Source: a virus
Virus record (IMG/VR): IMGVR_UViG_3300037408_000251
DNA: 35,778 nt
Direction: 5' to 3' (one strand)
Below, in pieces: positions 32,306-35,778 of the stretch (position 1 is its first letter; each line of letters begins with the position of its first letter). The notes beneath the pieces were generated by a model. It had not been told where the DNA came from and did not search any database. It saw only the letters and a program-made list of their open reading frames with translations. The translations under genes were made by a program, and so were the position numbers.

Positions 32306-33280
32306 ATGGCAGCCCTACCAGCATCAGCAGATTTTACCGGCGCGGCAGTCACCGAGGCCCAGTTCAAGACCGCCATCACCGGCCAGCGTGATTTTCTGTC
32401 GGGCCTGCTCGGCACCGATGGCACCATCCCCACCGGCCTGTCGACGCTCAAGGCCCTATGCAGCGCCGCCAACGCCCGCAGCGCAGGCAGCTACAGCCTG
32501 CTGGCAGCGGATCGCGGCAAGGTCATCCACGTCACCGGCTCGGGTGCCAGCGCGTTTACCGTGCCCGTCACCAGCACCACCGACTTCGGCATCGGCTGGG
32601 CCTGCGCCATCCGCAACGACTGCAGCTCGGGCGACATCACCCTCACCCGCAGCAGCACCGACACCATCGACGGCGGCACCTCGGTCGTGCTGGCACCAGG
32701 ACAATCGACCATCCTCGCCATCACCGCAGCGGGCAAGTGGGTCACCATCGGCAAGGGATCTGGCGCGGCGAGCGAAGCCGCAGCGGGCATCGTCGAGCTG
32801 GCCACCACCGCCGAGGCCGCCGCCGGCACGCTGACCACCCATGCCGTCACCCCGGCCGGCGTGCTCGAAGCCAAAAAACTCAGCACGCACACCGCCACCA
32901 CATCGACCACCGGCGCGAGCACGATGGCAGTCAGCGGAATCCCAGCATGGGCGACACGGCTGACAGTGTCGTTCTCCAGCATCAGCCCCAACTCGGGCGG
33001 CGACATTTATGTCGAGCTGGGCGATGCGGGCGGGTTTGAAACCGGCAGCCCGACCGTGGTCAAATCGGCGGCAAACGCGGGCAGCTACGGCGGCATGGCG
33101 ATCTTCGTCAAGACCACCGGCAATACCTGGGCCTATTTCGCGTCGTCAGAAGACGTGCTCAATGGGGTTTACACCTCATGGAGCGGATTCAAGACGCTAT
33201 CCGATACGCTCACCCAGGCCCGCCTCAGACTTACCGCAGGCGCGTTCGACGCCGGCACCGTCACGGCCTACTGGGAATGA
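32306..33280 (+). CDS. Tail fibre protein
   Basis: 324 aa with AAGIVELATTAEAAAGTLTTHAVTPAGV, a motif common in phage tail fibres. Follows the J-like gene. Confidence 0.7.
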   Translation: MAALPASADFTGAAVTEAQFKTAITGQRDFLSGLLGTDGTIPTGLSTLKALCSAANARSAGSYSLLAADRGKVIHVTGSGASAFTVPVTSTTDFGIGWACAIRNDCSSGDITLTRSSTDTIDGGTSVVLAPGQSTILAITAAGKWVTIGKGSGAASEAAAGIVELATTAEAAAGTLTTHAVTPAGVLEAKKLSTHTATTSTTGASTMAVSGIPAWATRLTVSFSSISPNSGGDIYVELGDAGGFETGSPTVVKSAANAGSYGGMAIFVKTTGNTWAYFASSEDVLNGVYTSWSGFKTLSDTLTQARLRLTAGAFDAGTVTAYWE

Positions 33281-33540
33281 GCGACCTGCCCAAAATCCAC
33301 GGCGGCCGCACCTTCGCCCGCGCCGAGCGCAAGCGCATCGGCGCCAAGCTTGCCGACGAGGCGCAGGCCAAAGCCGCAGCCAGGGCCGACGCCTTCGTCC
33401 AGCAGTTCGTCGACATGACCCCCGCCCAGCTCGCCGCATGGTTCGACGCCAACGTCACCGATCTGGCCAGCGCCCGCACCGCCATGAAACGCATGGCCCT
33501 GATGCTGCTGCTGCTCGCCAAGCGCGAATTCCGCGACTGA
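33277..33540 (+). CDS. Hypothetical 87-aa protein (possible fibre accessory)
   Basis: ORF 33178..33540 trimmed to MSDLPKIHGGRTFARAERKR... ATGA overlap with the fibre gene stop. Confidence 0.55.
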   Translation: MSDLPKIHGGRTFARAERKRIGAKLADEAQAKAAARADAFVQQFVDMTPAQLAAWFDANVTDLASARTAMKRMALMLLLLAKREFRD

Positions 33541-33620
33541 TTCGGTCAGCCGAAAAACCGACCCGCCAGAATCGCCGCTGTTGCGTTTTCTAATGGTGGT
33601 CCATGCCGTAGGCTATCCCG

Positions 33621-33655
33621 CAAACAAAAGCCGCGCCTGATCAATCCTGCGCGGC
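33621..33655 (-). terminator. Rho-independent terminator oriented for leftward (int operon) transcription
   Basis: GCCGCGC (33630..33636), a 12-nt loop, GCGCGGC (33649..33655). On the minus strand the hairpin is followed by TTTTGTTTG. Confidence 0.5.
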
Positions 33656-33837
33656 CTTGTGCAATCCCGGTGTAATTCGCTGGCCAGTTGCACCCATCCC
33701 AGCCAGCCAGCCCACGAAGTGGCGCGGGTTTGCGGGCGATCAGGACCGTTCACACGCCTTCACACGGCAAAGTTCATCGGCTATTCATGCGGTGCCGTTT
33801 TTCGCCAGTGTAAATTGAGTGTAATCCGAAACAAAAA

Positions 33838-33914
33838 GGGCGGTTAGCTCAGTGGTAGAGCGCCTGCTTCACACGCAGGAGGTTCCATAGGTTCGATCCC
33901 TATACCGCCCACCA
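33838..33914 (+). tRNA. tRNA-Val(CAC)-like gene with encoded CCA, atypical 7-nt variable region and AT-rich T-stem
   Basis: Hand fold: acceptor GGGCGGT/ACCGCCC; D-arm GCTC-AGTGGTA-GAGC; anticodon arm CCTGC-TTCACAC-GCAGG; variable AGGTTCC; T-arm ATAGG-TTCGATC-CCTAT; discriminator A; CCA. Confidence 0.75.
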
Positions 33915-34328
33915 TCATTCCAGTTCCTTTGCCATGCGGGAAATTGATTTATTGAGTGAAAAAATTGCATCGTTTAATGCCGCGTTATATATGTCATCGT
34001 CTCGATCTTTGGTTTCTATTTCTTTTTCACCCTCACAAACACTAATAGCCTCAAGCAACGCCTCACGCTTTGCCGTTTTCAGCATGGTGTCTAGTGCGGT
34101 GGAGTCGGATGGCATGATGAGCGATTCTCTAACAGCATTTAGACACCTTGCTAATTCTTTTTGTTGGTATTCATCGTCTGTGTAGTCCATTGGCGCGCGA
34201 ATTAGGTCACTGGACGCATCCCGCAGCACCTTCTCCCGTGCTTGGCACTCGGCAAGCTGCTGGCGTAGGGATTCGATCACTACATGCGCTGGCTGGTCTT
34301 GTGGTGGTTTTGTATCAAATTCAGTCAT
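33915..34328 (-). CDS. Coiled-coil protein, 137 aa, low-GC cargo (Ea22-like flavour)
   Basis: ORF 33915..34394 trimmed to MTEFDTKPPQDQPAHVVIESLRQQLAECQAREKVLRDA...AKREALLEAI... GAGG 6 nt upstream. The stop codon abuts the tRNA 3-prime end. Confidence 0.7.
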   Translation of the reverse strand: MTEFDTKPPQDQPAHVVIESLRQQLAECQAREKVLRDASSDLIRAPMDYTDDEYQQKELARCLNAVRESLIMPSDSTALDTMLKTAKREALLEAISVCEGEKEIETKDRDDDIYNAALNDAIFSLNKSISRMAKELE

Positions 34329-34764
34329 CTTCAACCTCGCATTCTTTGTCAAAAGCAGGACGGCGAATCCAGTAATTTGGCGCAGCCCAACCACTTAATT
34401 TCCACTGTAAAAATCCGTCGCAGTCATAACACAAATACTTCACCACTTTCTTAGGCTTGGGCTTGTCGCGGATTTCGTATGATTCTAGTGCCCCGTCGAA
34501 TACCCATAACTTATGTCCGTATTTTGGATCGCCATCAGACCACTCGCCACCCTCGAACCTAATCTGCTTCGTCGGGTCTTTAGCCGCAGCCTTGAGTTCG
34601 GCGTATGGGTCAGCGATGCGGTAGGCGTGTGTTCCAAAATTGAACATAAAACTCTTGTTGTCATGGACTCTGTACCAAGTTAAATCACTCCCACTAAAAG
34701 CCCATTCAATCTTCTCCCCACGCTTTGCTGCTTGGAGGATTTCAAGCTGTTCGTCTACTGTCAT
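34321..34764 (-). CDS. Hypothetical 147-aa protein, low-GC cargo
   Basis: MTVDEQLEILQAAKRGEKIEWAF... An AAGGAG SD lies inside the last integrase codons. The start is 1 nt after the integrase stop. Overlaps the next gene by 8 nt (ATGACTGA). Confidence 0.7.
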   Translation of the reverse strand: MTVDEQLEILQAAKRGEKIEWAFSGSDLTWYRVHDNKSFMFNFGTHAYRIADPYAELKAAAKDPTKQIRFEGGEWSDGDPKYGHKLWVFDGALESYEIRDKPKPKKVVKYLCYDCDGFLQWKLSGWAAPNYWIRRPAFDKECEVEDD

Positions 34765-34765
34765 T

Positions 34766-35716
34766 TCACTTCTCCTTAAAAGCCTTGGTCATCGCCCGGC
34801 GCTGCTGCTCGATCTGCATGTGGCTGTAGCGCTCGGTCGTCCTGGTTGATGCGTGTCCGAGAATCTTCGACACGGTGAACAGATCCGCGCCGCTGGCGAT
34901 GAGGATCGACGCGCACGAATGCCGCAGATCGTGAAAATTCACCCCCGGCATGCCCGCTGCCACCCTGGCGCGCTGCCACGCGGTCTTGATTCCCTCGGCC
35001 GACACTGCCAGCGGCACATGCTCCAGCCACGGCCGCACAGCGGGCACGATGGGCACGGTGCGGGTCTTCAATGTCTTGGTGTTTCCGGCGTGGATGAGCA
35101 GGCTGGTCTTGCCGATGTCGGCCTTTTGCAGCTTGCATATCTCGCCGCGCCGGGCGCCGGTCATCAGCGCGATCAAGATCGCGGCCTGCACCGGCTTGCT
35201 GCACCGCCGGGCGATGGCCTGCACCTGGTCGAGCGTCAGCACGGTCGAGCGTTCGTTGTGCTCGGGCAGGCGCTTGACGTGGGCGCTGTAGTCGAGCGGC
35301 AGCAGGCCGCGCTCCCAGGCGATGCGCAAAGATTTTTTAAGCGTGCCCAGGCTGCGGTTGATGGTGGCGGGCGCGTAGTGGCCGGTCATGTCGCGCACGA
35401 TGTGCTCGGCGGCCTGGCGCGACTGGCTGGCGCGGTACTTCTCGCACCACGGGCCGATTCGATTGGCGTGGTGGACGGCGGTGGCGCTGCTGCGCAGGGT
35501 GTCGGCATGGGTGATGTAGAGCGACATGATCTCGGTCAGCTTCGGGTCGCCGGGTATGGCTGGCGTCTTGCTCACCGCCAGCGCAGCCCGCAGGTCGGCC
35601 TCTAGCTGCTTGGCGTCACCCGCAGTTGCGCCCGCCGGTAGGATGCGGTGAACTCGCCGGCCCCCGGCCATGATGCCGACGTGCCGCCGCCCGCGCTTGT
35701 CGATCCAGATTGACAT
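34766..35716 (-). CDS. int: Tyrosine integrase
   Basis: ORF 34766..35743 trimmed to MSIWIDKRGRRHVGIMAGGRR (GAGGGA upstream). C-terminal catalytic motifs: GARRGE...HDLRHSCASILIASG...ILGHASTRTTERYSH. Confidence 0.92.
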   Translation of the reverse strand: MSIWIDKRGRRHVGIMAGGRRVHRILPAGATAGDAKQLEADLRAALAVSKTPAIPGDPKLTEIMSLYITHADTLRSSATAVHHANRIGPWCEKYRASQSRQAAEHIVRDMTGHYAPATINRSLGTLKKSLRIAWERGLLPLDYSAHVKRLPEHNERSTVLTLDQVQAIARRCSKPVQAAILIALMTGARRGEICKLQKADIGKTSLLIHAGNTKTLKTRTVPIVPAVRPWLEHVPLAVSAEGIKTAWQRARVAAGMPGVNFHDLRHSCASILIASGADLFTVSKILGHASTRTTERYSHMQIEQQRRAMTKAFKEK

Positions 35717-35778
35717 CCGTGCTCCCTCATCCACGCTTTGCATTCCTGCAAATCATACCGCTTGGCCCGCACCCCGAT
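35652..35778. repeat. Terminal overlap copy 2, identical to 1..127
   Basis: Exact 127-nt identity with the window start. A length of 127 is typical of a de Bruijn assembler k-mer overlap on a circular contig. Confidence 0.97.

Larger units (their letters stand above)
1..35778. mobile_element. Complete temperate tailed-phage genome, circular assembly (unique length 35651 bp)
   Basis: Contains integrase, excisionase-like, CI/Cro-like, primase-helicase, terminase, portal, capsid, tail, tape measure, tip and fibre genes. The first and last 127 nt are identical, so the sequence closes on itself. Confidence 0.9.

Noticed and set aside
33659-33847. 62-aa plus-strand ORF in the fibre-to-tRNA intergenic region
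   Set aside because: It has no SD, mixed codon bias and runs into the tRNA gene. The region more plausibly holds att and arm sites and a terminator.
1-35778. Searched by eye for reverse transcriptase (retron/DGR), transposase/IS ends, toxin-antitoxin pairs, cas genes and rRNA
   Set aside because: No YxDD-type RT motifs, DDE transposase signatures, terminal inverted repeats of an IS or rRNA-like sequence were recognised. Their absence cannot be proven without profile searches.

Overview
The window is a complete temperate tailed-phage genome with siphovirus-type architecture, assembled as a circle. The first 127 nt (1..127) are repeated exactly at 35652..35778, so the unique length is 35651 bp. 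The junction falls inside the integrase/excisionase coding region. By eye the backbone is about 63-70% GC, which suggests a high-GC proteobacterial host; the host cannot be named from sequence alone. Gene order, read across the circular junction, is as follows. (1) A leftward early operon of about 11 tightly overlapping small genes (2563 down to 211), then an excisionase-like HTH gene, a tyrosine integrase, two low-GC cargo genes and a tRNA-Val-like gene. (2) An immunity region: a short CI-like XRE repressor (3188..3520, minus) and a Cro-like gene (3597..3806, plus), with mirror-image operator pairs at both divergent early promoters. Two small membrane-protein genes sit in the position lambda uses for rexAB. 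(3) A replication module: a Toprim plus SF3-helicase primase of the P4 alpha type, followed by a palindromic array of AACCACGG octamers (ori and/or cos). (4) A packaging and late module: Nu1-like small terminase, ParB-domain DNA methyltransferase, GpA-like large terminase, Mor-like activator, lambda-family portal, prohead protease/major capsid fusion, a lysis-like cassette embedded among structural genes, a low-GC fibre-like block with an 11-unit His-x-His repeat protein, head-tail joining genes, tail tube, G/GT chaperone with an A_AAA_AAC slippery site, tape measure, DUF1833/NlpC-P60/I-J fusion tip proteins and a tail fibre. No rRNA, CRISPR array, reverse transcriptase or transposase was seen. 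The most interesting points are: the low-GC two-gene cassette wedged exactly between int and an atypical tRNA; the small membrane-protein pair next to the repressor; the octamer iteron palindrome; a duplicated 58-nt element after the Mor-like gene and before the tail genes; the HxH repeat fibre; and several intragenic GC-content junctions that indicate mosaicism.
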